DNA of 64,000 nt. It comes from a bacterium. Lineage in GTDB: Bacteria; UBA8248. The notes below the pieces were generated by a model. It was not told the DNA's origin. It searched no databases and saw only the letters and a program-made list of their open reading frames with translations. Positions 54,754 through 64,000 of this stretch are shown one piece after another (position 1 is the first letter of the stretch; the number at the start of each line of letters is the position of its first letter). The position numbers and the translations under genes are program-made. The stretch is taken from the NCBI GenBank assembly GCA_965219955.1, contig OZ244799.1, positions 1,056,001-1,120,000 of the forward strand, given 5' to 3'.

Positions 54754-57495
54754 ATGACGCCATCTCTCAATAATTTATTAAAACTACAAAACGACATTCG
54801 GGAAACAACCCTTGCTGCTTGCGGTTGGGAACGAAGCGTTTTTCTCCGCTATATCAAGGACGCTTATGCGCAGGCCGGAGAGTGTATAAGCAATGCGCAG
54901 TCTGAGGGTGCGGGCGGATATGAGTTATGTGAAGCGCATGCGAATTTTATGGATGCGTATATAGCTCAGGTTTATGTGTACGCTTTAGAAGGAGAAAAGA
55001 GAAAATCCGGCGATATTAATCAGTCGTTTCCATGCGCTTTGGTTGCTATTGGTGGATATGGACGGGGGGAATTGTCTCCCAACTCAGATATCGACCTGTT
55101 GTTTTTGTTTTCAGGACATGAGGGGCAAATCAGCGAATTGATTCGCTCTGTCTTGTATCTGATGTGGGATGCAGGTCTTACGATTGGCCATAGTGCCAGA
55201 ACTATTTCTAATTGTCTGAAAATTGCCAAGGAAGATTACCAAAGCGAAACCGCCATGTTGGAAAATCGATTGTTGGCGGGCAGCGAAGAAGTTTTTCTGG
55301 AATTCAATAAGAAATTCGATGGTTACATACAGCGTGTAGCGAAAAGTTCTCACCTTCGGAATCGGCTTGAAGAACGAATGAGACGATACCGATCATGGGA
55401 TCCCTCGGTTTATGTTCTCGAACCAAACGTGAAAGAAAGTGCAGGGGGGTTGCGGGATTTTCATGCCGTTTGCTGGTTGGCCAAGACTTTCGGCATGAAG
55501 GAGATGGATGAGATGTGGCGCAAGGGTTGGGTGCCACAAGCGGAGTTTGAAAAAGCGATGCAGGCTTATGATTTTCTTCTTCGTATACGGGCTCAACTGC
55601 ATATCCGCGCAAAAGCTAAGAACGATATGCTTAATTTTTCGGCCCAGGCAGAAATTGCTCCTGAATTAGGTTATGGAGACGAAGAAAGCGCGTTGGCCAG
55701 TGAGTGTTTGATGCGTGATTATTTCTTGCATGCAAGAAACTTGCATATTTTTTGCCGTGATTTTTTTGAAACTCTCGAAGATCATTTAAAGAGCAGAAGA
55801 TGGGTCAATAGAAAACCGAAGCTCCAACCTCTTGAAGATGGGCTGGCTTTGCAGGATTACCATACGCTCGTGTTGGATGAGTCTAACCCTCGAGCAATCC
55901 TGGAAAATCCTACGGGCTTGATGAAGATATTCGAGTGTCAATATCGTTTTGGATGTCGCTTATCGCCGAATGTAAGAAACTTCGTTCGAGCTCATCTGGA
56001 TACCGTAGATGACAATTTTCGCGCTTCGCCTGATGTAAGGGACAGCTTTTTACGGATATTGAGTGGCAAAGCCGGCGTAACGTCCACGATGCACGAAATG
56101 CACGGTCTCGGTTTACTGGGGTGTTATATCCCCGAATTTGAACCACTGACTTGTTTTGTTCAGTACGATCATTACCATCGATATACAGCGGATGAACATA
56201 CTTTGCTCACGTTAGCGGCATTGGATGAGCTTACATATACGAAAGATGTGTCTTTGCAGCATGTAGCCCATATTCATAGAGAGATGGAACGTACGAATAT
56301 ACTGAGGCTTGCGCTATTATTTCATGATATTGGCAAAGCGAGAGGACCGAGGCATGTGCATAAAAGCGCATCTGCACTTCCCGATATTATTATGCGCATG
56401 GGTCTACCGGCAGACCAGGGGAGCACTATCGAATTTTTGGTGGCCTGCCATATTGATATGAGCATCACGGCCGAAAGACGTGATATCGATGATCCCGTCT
56501 TGATCAGCAATTTTGCCGATAAAATAGGGACGGTGGAAAGGCTCCAAATGCTTTATCTCTTGACGTACGCAGACATATCCGCCGTTGCTCCCGGTATGTG
56601 GAATGAATGGCGAAGCGCCCTGATTTATGAATTGTACAAGCGAGTGCTGAGGGTGATGGAGACAGGAGAGGATTTATACAGGAAAAAGCGCAGGGAAGAT
56701 ATTGTAGAACAAGTAAGTTTAGAAGCCAGGGCGGGAGGAAGCCGAATAGGGCGCGAGGAAATCGCAAAGCATATGGAATCCATGCCGGACAGATATCGTA
56801 CCGGGACTCCACCTCAAGACATCCTGCGCCACATCGAGCTTGGGGCCCGTCTTTCAGATGAATCGATATGCGAGATCGATATCACGCATCGCAGGAGACG
56901 GGGAAATACGCTCTTGACACTGTTGTGCAAGGACCAGCTCGGTTTGTTCGCACTTATCGCAGGCGCGTTTGCTGTGTACGAACTAAACATTTTGGACGCG
57001 AAGGTATATACACGCGAAGATGGTTTGGTGATAGATACTTTTGAGGTCGTAGATTCCGAGGGAAAAGCCGTCGTCGATGAAGGGCTCTGGAATAAATTTC
57101 GCAAATCGCTGGAACGGTTGCTGTCGGGCGAACTTGAATTGTTGGAATTTCTGGGCAGGAGTAAAAAATATTTACGATTAAAGAAACGAATGTCGTTCGA
57201 TTTACCGATCTTGGTAGAATTTGATCAGAATGCAAGTGGAGATGCAACGGTTCTCGAGGTTGTTGCGCCGGATAGACACGGCCTTCTGGCCCAGATTGCG
57301 CAATTCTTCGTACATGAGGGGATTTCTATCTCTCGGGCCAAAATCACAACGGAAGGCCAATGTGCTGTGGATGCTTTCTATATCACGGACAATAACGGTG
57401 AAAAAATAAAGGATACAACTAGACTCGAGGAGTTGTGCGCGCATCTGAGCGAAATTCTTGAAGAAGGGCGCCCAATCGGCGCCATAGTGTCATGA
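54754..57495 (+). CDS. glnD: [Protein-PII] uridylyltransferase
   Basis: GGYGRGELSPNSDIDL, EPNVKESAGGLRD, HRYTADEH, HDIGK and two ACT domains. Confidence 0.95.
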   Translation: MTPSLNNLLKLQNDIRETTLAACGWERSVFLRYIKDAYAQAGECISNAQSEGAGGYELCEAHANFMDAYIAQVYVYALEGEKRKSGDINQSFPCALVAIGGYGRGELSPNSDIDLLFLFSGHEGQISELIRSVLYLMWDAGLTIGHSARTISNCLKIAKEDYQSETAMLENRLLAGSEEVFLEFNKKFDGYIQRVAKSSHLRNRLEERMRRYRSWDPSVYVLEPNVKESAGGLRDFHAVCWLAKTFGMKEMDEMWRKGWVPQAEFEKAMQAYDFLLRIRAQLHIRAKAKNDMLNFSAQAEIAPELGYGDEESALASECLMRDYFLHARNLHIFCRDFFETLEDHLKSRRWVNRKPKLQPLEDGLALQDYHTLVLDESNPRAILENPTGLMKIFECQYRFGCRLSPNVRNFVRAHLDTVDDNFRASPDVRDSFLRILSGKAGVTSTMHEMHGLGLLGCYIPEFEPLTCFVQYDHYHRYTADEHTLLTLAALDELTYTKDVSLQHVAHIHREMERTNILRLALLFHDIGKARGPRHVHKSASALPDIIMRMGLPADQGSTIEFLVACHIDMSITAERRDIDDPVLISNFADKIGTVERLQMLYLLTYADISAVAPGMWNEWRSALIYELYKRVLRVMETGEDLYRKKRREDIVEQVSLEARAGGSRIGREEIAKHMESMPDRYRTGTPPQDILRHIELGARLSDESICEIDITHRRRRGNTLLTLLCKDQLGLFALIAGAFAVYELNILDAKVYTREDGLVIDTFEVVDSEGKAVVDEGLWNKFRKSLERLLSGELELLEFLGRSKKYLRLKKRMSFDLPILVEFDQNASGDATVLEVVAPDRHGLLAQIAQFFVHEGISISRAKITTEGQCAVDAFYITDNNGEKIKDTTRLEELCAHLSEILEEGRPIGAIVS

Positions 57496-57577
57496 CAAAG
57501 CCGAACGGGCTGAACAATTCCTGGTTTTGTGTCGATGATTTCTCGCAAAACCGCAATTCTGCATGGAGGTGTAACAG

Positions 57578-58990
57578 ATGGTTGAAGATGTCTTGAAGTT
57601 GGCTAAGGAAAGCGGCGCCCAAATGGTTGACTATCGTTTCATAGATATGCCCGGTATGTGGCAGCACTTCTCGGCGCACATCGATACTCTTGGGGAAGAT
57701 ACCTTCGAAGAAGGTGTCGGTTTTGACGGCTCGAGCATCCGGGGGTTTCAAAGCATCGATCAGAGCGACATGCTTCTCATTCCGGACCCGACGACCGCGT
57801 TCATGGATCCATTCCTGAAGATTCCGACCTTGGTTCTGATCTGTGACATCAAGGATCCGATTACGCTCGAACTCTACGATCGGGACCCCCGTCACATTGC
57901 CATCAAGGCGGAACAGTACATGAAGTCTACAGGTATCGGGGATGTCGCTTATTTTGGCCCCGAAGCTGAATTTTTCGTGTTCGACGACGTGCGCTATTCC
58001 GGTTCGGAAAATCATGCTTTCTACGAGGTTGATTCATCTGAGGCCGCCTGGAACACGGGCGCCAACGAAGATCCGAACCTCGGCCACAAGAACCGTTACA
58101 AAGAAGGCTATTTCCCCGTGCCGCCCAACGATACGCTACAGGACGTCCGCTCGGAGATGATGCTGACGATGCTCGAATCTGGCGTCGAGTGTGAAGTGCA
58201 CCACCATGAAGTGGCCTCGGCCGGGCAATGTGAAATCGATATTCGATTCGACACTCTGGTGACCACGGCGGATAAGCTGATGAAGTACAAATACATCGTC
58301 AAGAACGTGGCGAGAAAGCATGGAAAGACGGCGACCTTTATGCCGAAACCCGTTTTTCTTGACAACGGCACCGGAATGCACTGCCACCAGAGCATTTGGA
58401 AAGACGACAAGAATATCATGTATCGTGCGGGAACCTATGGCGATTTGAGTCCTGACGCGCTTTACTACATCGGTGGTTTGTTGAAGCATGCGCCCGCATT
58501 GTTGGCTTTCACGAACCCGACGACGAACAGCTACCGCCGCTTGGTGCCGGGTTATGAGGCGCCTATCAACTTGATCTATAGCTGCCGCAACAGAAGCGCA
58601 TGCGTGCGCATTCCGATGTATTCTTCAAGCGAAAAGGCCAAGAGGGTCGAATTCCGCTGCCCTGACCCTTCATGCAACCCCTATATGGCCTTCGCCGCGA
58701 TGCTGATGGCGGGTCTGGACGGTATTCAGAATAAAATCATGCCGCCCGAGCCTATCGACAAGAATCTCTACGATCTCGGTCCTGAGGAAAAGGGCAGCGT
58801 TGAGCAGACGCCTGGAAGTCTCCCCGAGGCTCTGGATGCACTCGAGGCGGACTACGAATTCTTGCTGAAAGGCGACGTGTTTACGAAGGATGTCATTGAC
58901 AACTGGATCGAATACAAGCGTGTAGAGGAAGTGGATGCGGTTCGCCTGCGGCCGCACCCACACGAATTCCACCTCTACTATGACATCTAG
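57578..58990 (+). CDS. glnA: Glutamine synthetase type I
   Basis: [33 protein letters not shown] and NLYDL adenylylation motif. Confidence 0.97.
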   Translation: MVEDVLKLAKESGAQMVDYRFIDMPGMWQHFSAHIDTLGEDTFEEGVGFDGSSIRGFQSIDQSDMLLIPDPTTAFMDPFLKIPTLVLICDIKDPITLELYDRDPRHIAIKAEQYMKSTGIGDVAYFGPEAEFFVFDDVRYSGSENHAFYEVDSSEAAWNTGANEDPNLGHKNRYKEGYFPVPPNDTLQDVRSEMMLTMLESGVECEVHHHEVASAGQCEIDIRFDTLVTTADKLMKYKYIVKNVARKHGKTATFMPKPVFLDNGTGMHCHQSIWKDDKNIMYRAGTYGDLSPDALYYIGGLLKHAPALLAFTNPTTNSYRRLVPGYEAPINLIYSCRNRSACVRIPMYSSSEKAKRVEFRCPDPSCNPYMAFAAMLMAGLDGIQNKIMPPEPIDKNLYDLGPEEKGSVEQTPGSLPEALDALEADYEFLLKGDVFTKDVIDNWIEYKRVEEVDAVRLRPHPHEFHLYYDI

Positions 58991-59023
58991 ATTTTGGTTC
59001 CAGCGATCCTGAACAACTGAGAT

Positions 59024-59065
59024 CAATAAACCCCTCGTGCGGATTATCGTTCGAGGGGTTTATTG
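59024..59065. terminator. Intrinsic terminator after glnA
   Basis: caataaacccctcg/cgaggggtttattg stem. Confidence 0.8.
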
Positions 59066-59144
59066 TTTGTATCGGGGCAAATGATTCATTTGCGCCTCGT
59101 GAAGATGAATTGCCTTCTTTGGACGGGGGTATCTACAAATCCCC

Positions 59145-61274
59145 TTAGAGCAGGGTATCAGGAATGATGATCGCAAAAACATCGCGCGGGCCATGCACGC
59201 CTTTGATGAGCGTCAGGGCGATGTCGGCCGAGCGGCTGGGTCCCGTGATGATGTTGACGCAACTAGGCGAGGCTCCCTCTCCTTGCTTGAGGGTTCTTTC
59301 GAGTTCAGGTCCCAGCGAGGATATATGGGGCAGGATGTTCTTTTCAGGAATGAGGGCCAGGTGAGTTTCCGGTAACAGAGAGTGAAGGCGCGGATGGCCG
59401 GGCCCGCTCCGCAAGACGATACTGCCTGTTTCTGCAATCGCCCAGTCGCAGCCTGTGATTCCGATTCCACACCGGGCGATGTCGTTCCGGTTATCTCCGT
59501 CATTCGATGGAAAAATCACGTCAAAACCCTCTTCTGCAAGCCAATTGGCTACATCGATTGGTAAGCCGTCGCTGATGGCAACGGGGTATTCTTTCCATTT
59601 GGCCGCCAAGCCGAGGACATATTCTCGAATTTCGCCAATGGAATTCGGATGATGAACGGGGTTCGCAATCGCTTCAAACTCCGTGGAGAAGCGAGCGGCA
59701 GTGTCCGGAACAATAATTTCCGGCAGGGGGCCTTCGGTGTTTTCAAAGTGGCCATGCGACAAGCCGTGTGCCAACTCCAGGGCTTGGTGGGTCTTTTCGA
59801 TTACTGCGTCCTGACCGCTGGTTCGTGGTGTGTCATGAGGTGATGCAGACGAATCGACGCCCCTCCGTTTTTTCTCCCGCCAGCGCGCTCGAAAACTTTT
59901 TTTTGCAATTTTGGGAAGATCCCGCCCCTGGGCCCATGCGCCGAGGGGCCCAGGTAGCTTTGCGGCCGCTTTTGCATTCAGGAATCTTGAAAAAACAGAC
60001 CCCAACTTGAAACCCGTCTCCCAAATGAAGGGTTTGCGCATGGCCATACCTAGCAAGCGAAATGAGAACCTTTCCATCAGTGCATTATTTTTCTTGGTCG
60101 TTCTCGCTTCTCTCATTTCCAGCAACATGCGGGGAATGTCTACAAATACGGGGCAGGCGTCCATGCAGGCGCCGCATAGACTCGATGCCGCGGGAAGTTC
60201 TCCGGAAACGTCGAGACCGCGAAGCATAGGACTTAAGATCGATCCGATTGGTCCACCGTATACGGAGTCGTATGTATGGCCGCCGACTGTCTGGAAAACA
60301 GGGCAGGCATTTTGACAAGCCCCGCAGCGGATACAATGAAATGCTTCCTGAAATGGCGTCCCGAGATGCCTGGAGCGTCCTCCGTCGAGCAGCAAGAGAT
60401 GGACTTCATCGGGGCCGTCGGACTCGTTTTCTCTTCTTGGCCCGGTTAACATGGTGAAATAACTGGTGAGTTTCTGGCCCGTTGCGCTTCGCGGAAGTAC
60501 TGAGAGGAGCGTAAGCGTATCTCGCAGCGTGGGCACTACTTTTTCGAACCCCATAATAGCGACGTGAACCTTGGGTAGGGTGGTGACGAGTCGCCCGTTC
60601 CCCTCGTTCGTGACGAGGCAAAGCGTTCCGGTTTCCGCAACGGCGAAATTCACGCCGCTGATTCCCATCCCCGCGCGCAGGAATTCCGTTCTCAGTTTCT
60701 CCCGCGCGATTGACGTGAGCTCCTGGGGGTCAGAACCGGCGTTTGGGTCTACTTTTTCGCGGAAAAGGTCTTGCACCTGTTGCAACGTCTTATGGATGGC
60801 GGGCGCAACGAGGTGACTCGGCGTCTCGTTGGCCAGTTGTAGTATCCATTCGCCCAGGTCGGTTTCATAGGGGGTGATCCCCGCCGCCTCCAATGCTTGA
60901 TTCAGATGGATCTCCTCGGACGCCATGGATTTGCTCTTGACGACTGTTTCGACCCCGTGCTTGCGGGCGATTTCGAGGACGATTCGCTTTGCGGAATCCG
61001 CATCGGGCGCAGAATGAATATGCACGCCGAGATTCTGGAGGCTCCCGAACAAGGTTTCGAGATGCTTGTCGATCTCGTCGAATGTTTTTCTGCGAATTTC
61101 CCTTGCCTTTGCCCGCAAGGCGAGCGGCGCCGCTGTCGATTCGAAAGCCTGAGCGCGCTGGTTGGCGAATTTGCCCGTAGCCGCGTGAAGGGCTTCCTGC
61201 AGAGGGATGTTGATCAATGCGGAAGTCGCGCGCTCGTTGAAAGGCGTATTCAAGCCTGGTCTTCCTCGGGCCAA
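59145..61274 (-). CDS. LutB-LutC (LldF-LldG) fusion lactate-utilisation Fe-S protein
   Basis: KSKSM, ETDLGE, NEGNG, CIRCGAC, SSLCGAC, then a second LUD domain (IAETGS...ITGPSRSADI...GVHGP); start uncertain. Confidence 0.88.
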   Translation of the reverse strand: MARGRPGLNTPFNERATSALINIPLQEALHAATGKFANQRAQAFESTAAPLALRAKAREIRRKTFDEIDKHLETLFGSLQNLGVHIHSAPDADSAKRIVLEIARKHGVETVVKSKSMASEEIHLNQALEAAGITPYETDLGEWILQLANETPSHLVAPAIHKTLQQVQDLFREKVDPNAGSDPQELTSIAREKLRTEFLRAGMGISGVNFAVAETGTLCLVTNEGNGRLVTTLPKVHVAIMGFEKVVPTLRDTLTLLSVLPRSATGQKLTSYFTMLTGPRRENESDGPDEVHLLLLDGGRSRHLGTPFQEAFHCIRCGACQNACPVFQTVGGHTYDSVYGGPIGSILSPMLRGLDVSGELPAASSLCGACMDACPVFVDIPRMLLEMREARTTKKNNALMERFSFRLLGMAMRKPFIWETGFKLGSVFSRFLNAKAAAKLPGPLGAWAQGRDLPKIAKKSFRARWREKKRRGVDSSASPHDTPRTSGQDAVIEKTHQALELAHGLSHGHFENTEGPLPEIIVPDTAARFSTEFEAIANPVHHPNSIGEIREYVLGLAAKWKEYPVAISDGLPIDVANWLAEEGFDVIFPSNDGDNRNDIARCGIGITGCDWAIAETGSIVLRSGPGHPRLHSLLPETHLALIPEKNILPHISSLGPELERTLKQGEGASPSCVNIITGPSRSADIALTLIKGVHGPRDVFAIIIPDTLL

Positions 61275-62029
61275 CCCGGATTATTTGGTCCGGAGAGGGC
61301 CTGCGCAAGATGGAGAAGTTTGATTTTCGAGTTTCGCTTCGATAATCCACCCGAGATGTGCAGCATGCAGCCGGCGTCTGCCGCCACGAGCCAGGTTGCA
61401 TCGACTTTCTCGGCGGATTTGATCTTCTCGTCAAGCATGGCGCATGAGACTTCCGGGAATTTAACGGCGAACGAGCCGCCGAACCCGCAGCAACGGTCGC
61501 AATCGGGCAATTCCTCCCGGTTCTCGGCCACCATGTCGAGGCACTGGCGGGGCGTTTGGTTTTCCCCCATGCCGCGCAGCAGGTGGCACGAATCGTGATA
61601 CACGGTTTTCCCGGGGAGCGTAGCGCCGAAATCGTCCACTTTTATCTTGCACAGGAATTGGGACAATTCGATGACGCGCCCGGAGATTTGCGCGGCTTTT
61701 TCCCGCTCCCACGGGTCGTCCGGGAACAAGGTGGGTAAAACGCTTTTGAGCATCCAGCCGCAAGACCCCGAGGGTACGATGATCGGAATGTCTCTCTCCA
61801 GCAGTCGCAATTGGGGTTCGAGAATTTTCCTCGCCTCCGCCCTGAAACCGTTGTTGAAGTGGGGGAGTCCGCAACAGGTGAGACCTTCCGGGAAAATCAC
61901 CTCGATATCCGCGCTCTCGATCAAGTGGACGGTCGCCTCGCCGACTTCGGGGAAAAACTGATCTACCAGACACGTGGCGAAGAGGAAGACACGCTTGGGT
62001 CGGTTCTCATGCGTTTCAGAAGACATCAT
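61250..62029 (-). CDS. lutA: LutA/LldE CCG-domain Fe-S protein
   Basis: TCLVD, CCG, SGSC, YHDSCH and CCGFGG motifs. Confidence 0.88.
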   Translation of the reverse strand: MMSSETHENRPKRVFLFATCLVDQFFPEVGEATVHLIESADIEVIFPEGLTCCGLPHFNNGFRAEARKILEPQLRLLERDIPIIVPSGSCGWMLKSVLPTLFPDDPWEREKAAQISGRVIELSQFLCKIKVDDFGATLPGKTVYHDSCHLLRGMGENQTPRQCLDMVAENREELPDCDRCCGFGGSFAVKFPEVSCAMLDEKIKSAEKVDATWLVAADAGCMLHISGGLSKRNSKIKLLHLAQALSGPNNPGWPEEDQA

Positions 62030-62186
62030 CCGCTATCCCCAGAGAATGCGCAGTCCGATATCGACATATTATGCCGTTTTCCATCTTCAATACAAACAAA
62101 GGAAAAGAAGATTCCCATTGAACGGAGGTTGTATAAATGTTAGCTTCCATACGGCTCTGAAAGGAAGTGAAGAAGACTATTTGTGC

Positions 62187-62201
62187 TGGCATGGGAAATG
62201 C
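62187..62201 (+). promoter_or_regulatory. Possible sigma54 -24/-12 promoter
   Basis: TGGCATGGGAAATGC (GG-N10-GC) about 40 bp upstream of the ferredoxin ATG. Confidence 0.4.
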
Positions 62202-62239
62202 CGGATACCCGTCTCATCATCAACCCCCGGGGTGGAAGA

Positions 62240-62581
62240 ATGTTCAGGGACAAACGCTACGTTTTGGTCTGTACGAACGAACGGGCGGCGGATCATCCCA
62301 AGGGAAGTTGCACAAACTGCGGCTCCGTGGAAGTCCGGGAGCGAATGAAGTCCCTTCTGGAAGAGAAAAACCTGAAAAGCAGGGCGCGCATTCTCGCGAC
62401 GAGTTGCATGGATATTTGCGAGAATGGCGCAGTTGTTTGCGTAATGCCCGATAATGTCTGGTATGGCGGCGTGAGGCCGGAGGATGCCGAAGAGATCGTG
62501 GAGAAACACTTGGAAAACGGCGAGCCCGTGGAGCGGCTCTTGATACCCGAAGAGATGAGCGGGCTTTCGTTGTTCGGTTGA
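62240..62581 (+). CDS. Thioredoxin-like [2Fe-2S] ferredoxin
   Basis: VCTNER...GSC...SCMDICENG...PDNVWY...HLENGEPVERL. Confidence 0.9.
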   Translation: MFRDKRYVLVCTNERAADHPKGSCTNCGSVEVRERMKSLLEEKNLKSRARILATSCMDICENGAVVCVMPDNVWYGGVRPEDAEEIVEKHLENGEPVERLLIPEEMSGLSLFG

Positions 62582-62623
62582 GAACAGAAAGCCGTTGTCG
62601 CGTGTAATTCCGGGAGCGAAGAA

Positions 62624-63778
62624 ATGGATGTTCAGTTGAACGAGTTTCAGACCGCGCTGCAGAGCAGCGTTCGGCAGTTCGTGAACCAGGAAGTCATTCC
62701 CGTCGCCAGCGAGTATGAGCATAAAGACGAGTATCCTCACCCTTTGGTCGATCGGATGAAGGCGCTGGGGTATTTCGGCGCGCTCGTGCCGGAGTGTTAC
62801 GGCGGCAGCGAGATGGACGCGATGAGCTTCACGGTTCTGACCGAGGAGTTGGCGCGGGGCTGGATGAGCTTGACCGGCGTGCTCGGCAGCCATTCGATGG
62901 TTGGGTGGATGATCAACGAATTCGGCAGCGACGAGCAGCGCCGGGAATGGCTGCCGAAAGTGTCCGAGGGGAAAATGCGCTTCGGCATCGGCATCACCGA
63001 GGCGGATGGGGGTTCCGACGTCGCGGCTTTGAGAACGTCCGCCCGCCGCGAAGGGCAGGACTACGTCGTCAACGGCTCCAAAATGTTCATTACCAACAGC
63101 GAGAACGCCACGCATTTCGCCATCATGGCCCGTACGAACCCCAAGGCGGAGAAACCCACCCGCGGGATAAGCTGCATCCTCATGGACAGGAATCTGCCCG
63201 GGTTCAGCATCAGCCGCCATCTGGACAAGATGGGTTACAAGGGTCTTAGGACGGGAGAGCTGGTTTTTGACGATTGCCCGGTGCCGGCTTCGTACCTGAT
63301 CGGCGAGGAGAACCGGGGATTCCACCAACTCATGGCGGCCCTGGAGCTGGGCCGCATCCAGGTGGCCGCCCGGGCGGTGGGGCTTCATGCCGCCTGTTTC
63401 GAGGATTCCATCAAGTACGCCCAGCAGAGAAAGAGCATGGGCAAGCCCATCGCCGGGCATCAGGCCATCCAGATCAAGCTCGCCGACATGGCCACCTCCT
63501 TAGAAGCGGCCCGCCAGCTCACCTACCGCGCGGCGCGCATGAAGGACCAGGGCGTGCGCTGCGACCTGGAAGCCGGCATGGCGAAGCTCTTCGCGTCTGA
63601 CGCCTGCCAGAGGGCGTCCGAGGCCGCCGTGCACATTCACGGGGGCTACGGCTACATCAAGGAGTTGCCGGTCGAGCGCTATTACCGCGATTCCATTCTC
63701 CTGCAGGTGGGCGAGGGTACGAACGACATCCAGCGGATCGTGATTGCAAAGCGCCTGGTGGAGAAATACCCCGCTTGA
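62624..63778 (+). CDS. Acyl-CoA dehydrogenase
   Basis: ITEADGGSD, NGSKMFITN, KMGYKG, IHGGYGY and GEGTNDIQR motifs. Confidence 0.95.
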   Translation: MDVQLNEFQTALQSSVRQFVNQEVIPVASEYEHKDEYPHPLVDRMKALGYFGALVPECYGGSEMDAMSFTVLTEELARGWMSLTGVLGSHSMVGWMINEFGSDEQRREWLPKVSEGKMRFGIGITEADGGSDVAALRTSARREGQDYVVNGSKMFITNSENATHFAIMARTNPKAEKPTRGISCILMDRNLPGFSISRHLDKMGYKGLRTGELVFDDCPVPASYLIGEENRGFHQLMAALELGRIQVAARAVGLHAACFEDSIKYAQQRKSMGKPIAGHQAIQIKLADMATSLEAARQLTYRAARMKDQGVRCDLEAGMAKLFASDACQRASEAAVHIHGGYGYIKELPVERYYRDSILLQVGEGTNDIQRIVIAKRLVEKYPA

Positions 63779-63780
63779 AT

Positions 63781-63945
63781 TTTACATAATTTCTGGAATT
63801 TTCTGCCCCGAAATACCCTGGAAAACGGCCCCTGAAATCCGTAACTCATTGATATAGCTAGCGATAAATCCCCGAAAAAGTCCGTTTTTTTATCGAAAAA
63901 CCCCGTGAATTTATCTGAATTTATCGAAATTTTCAGAAATTCCCT
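63781..63945. other. AT-rich block with 10-bp phased repeats and an IHF-like site
   Basis: ccccgtgaat/ttatctgaat/ttatcgaaat/tttcagaaat; TAACTCATTGATA (63842-63854) fits the IHF consensus YAA-N4-TTGATW. Confidence 0.65.
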
Positions 63946-64000
63946 CGCAAGGCGGGGCATGAGACCGCTGCCGCCGTCTCCGGAGCGCCGGGGCGCGCGT

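Noticed and set aside
63778-63806. Possible dif site (ATTTTACATAA resembles a XerD arm)
   Set aside because: No matching XerC arm at 6-bp spacing; the other AT-rich intergenic regions checked also lacked a dif

Overview
This is a bacterial chromosomal window. The IspH-UbiA fusion, PxxKW protein and glnB-glnD-glnA cluster suggest a deltaproteobacteria-like, Nitrospinota or Tectomicrobia-type lineage (inference only). It has two very different halves. Positions 1-~30.7 kb are GC-rich and carry transport and oxidoreductase genes (betaine-type SBP, phoX, LLM monooxygenase, a Liv-type ABC operon with two HMGF sets). Their intergenic spaces hold at least six families of palindromic repeats, assembled into modular, nested, TIR-bounded MITE-like composites. 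Within this half, 9.5-14.7 kb is a small defence/toxin array with no integrase or transposase. It contains an ABC-ATPase plus partner pair (MAD3/MAD4-like) between ~115-bp direct repeats that duplicate the 3' end of a ydhR-like gene, an LA2681-type HEPN gene inside a perfect 27-bp inverted GTAG-REP pair, and a BrnT/BrnA module inside a composite repeat. Positions ~31-59 kb are much lower in GC, lack these repeats, and hold core genes (tRNA-Gln, gltX, AsmA-like, ftsK, trxA, ispH-ubiA, glnB, glnD, glnA). The repeat-free stretch (29.6-63.8 kb) is bracketed by two AT-rich blocks with 10-bp periodicity that share a TTTATCGAA motif. No CRISPR array, rRNA, transposase or integrase was seen. All family calls are from motif recognition, not database searches.
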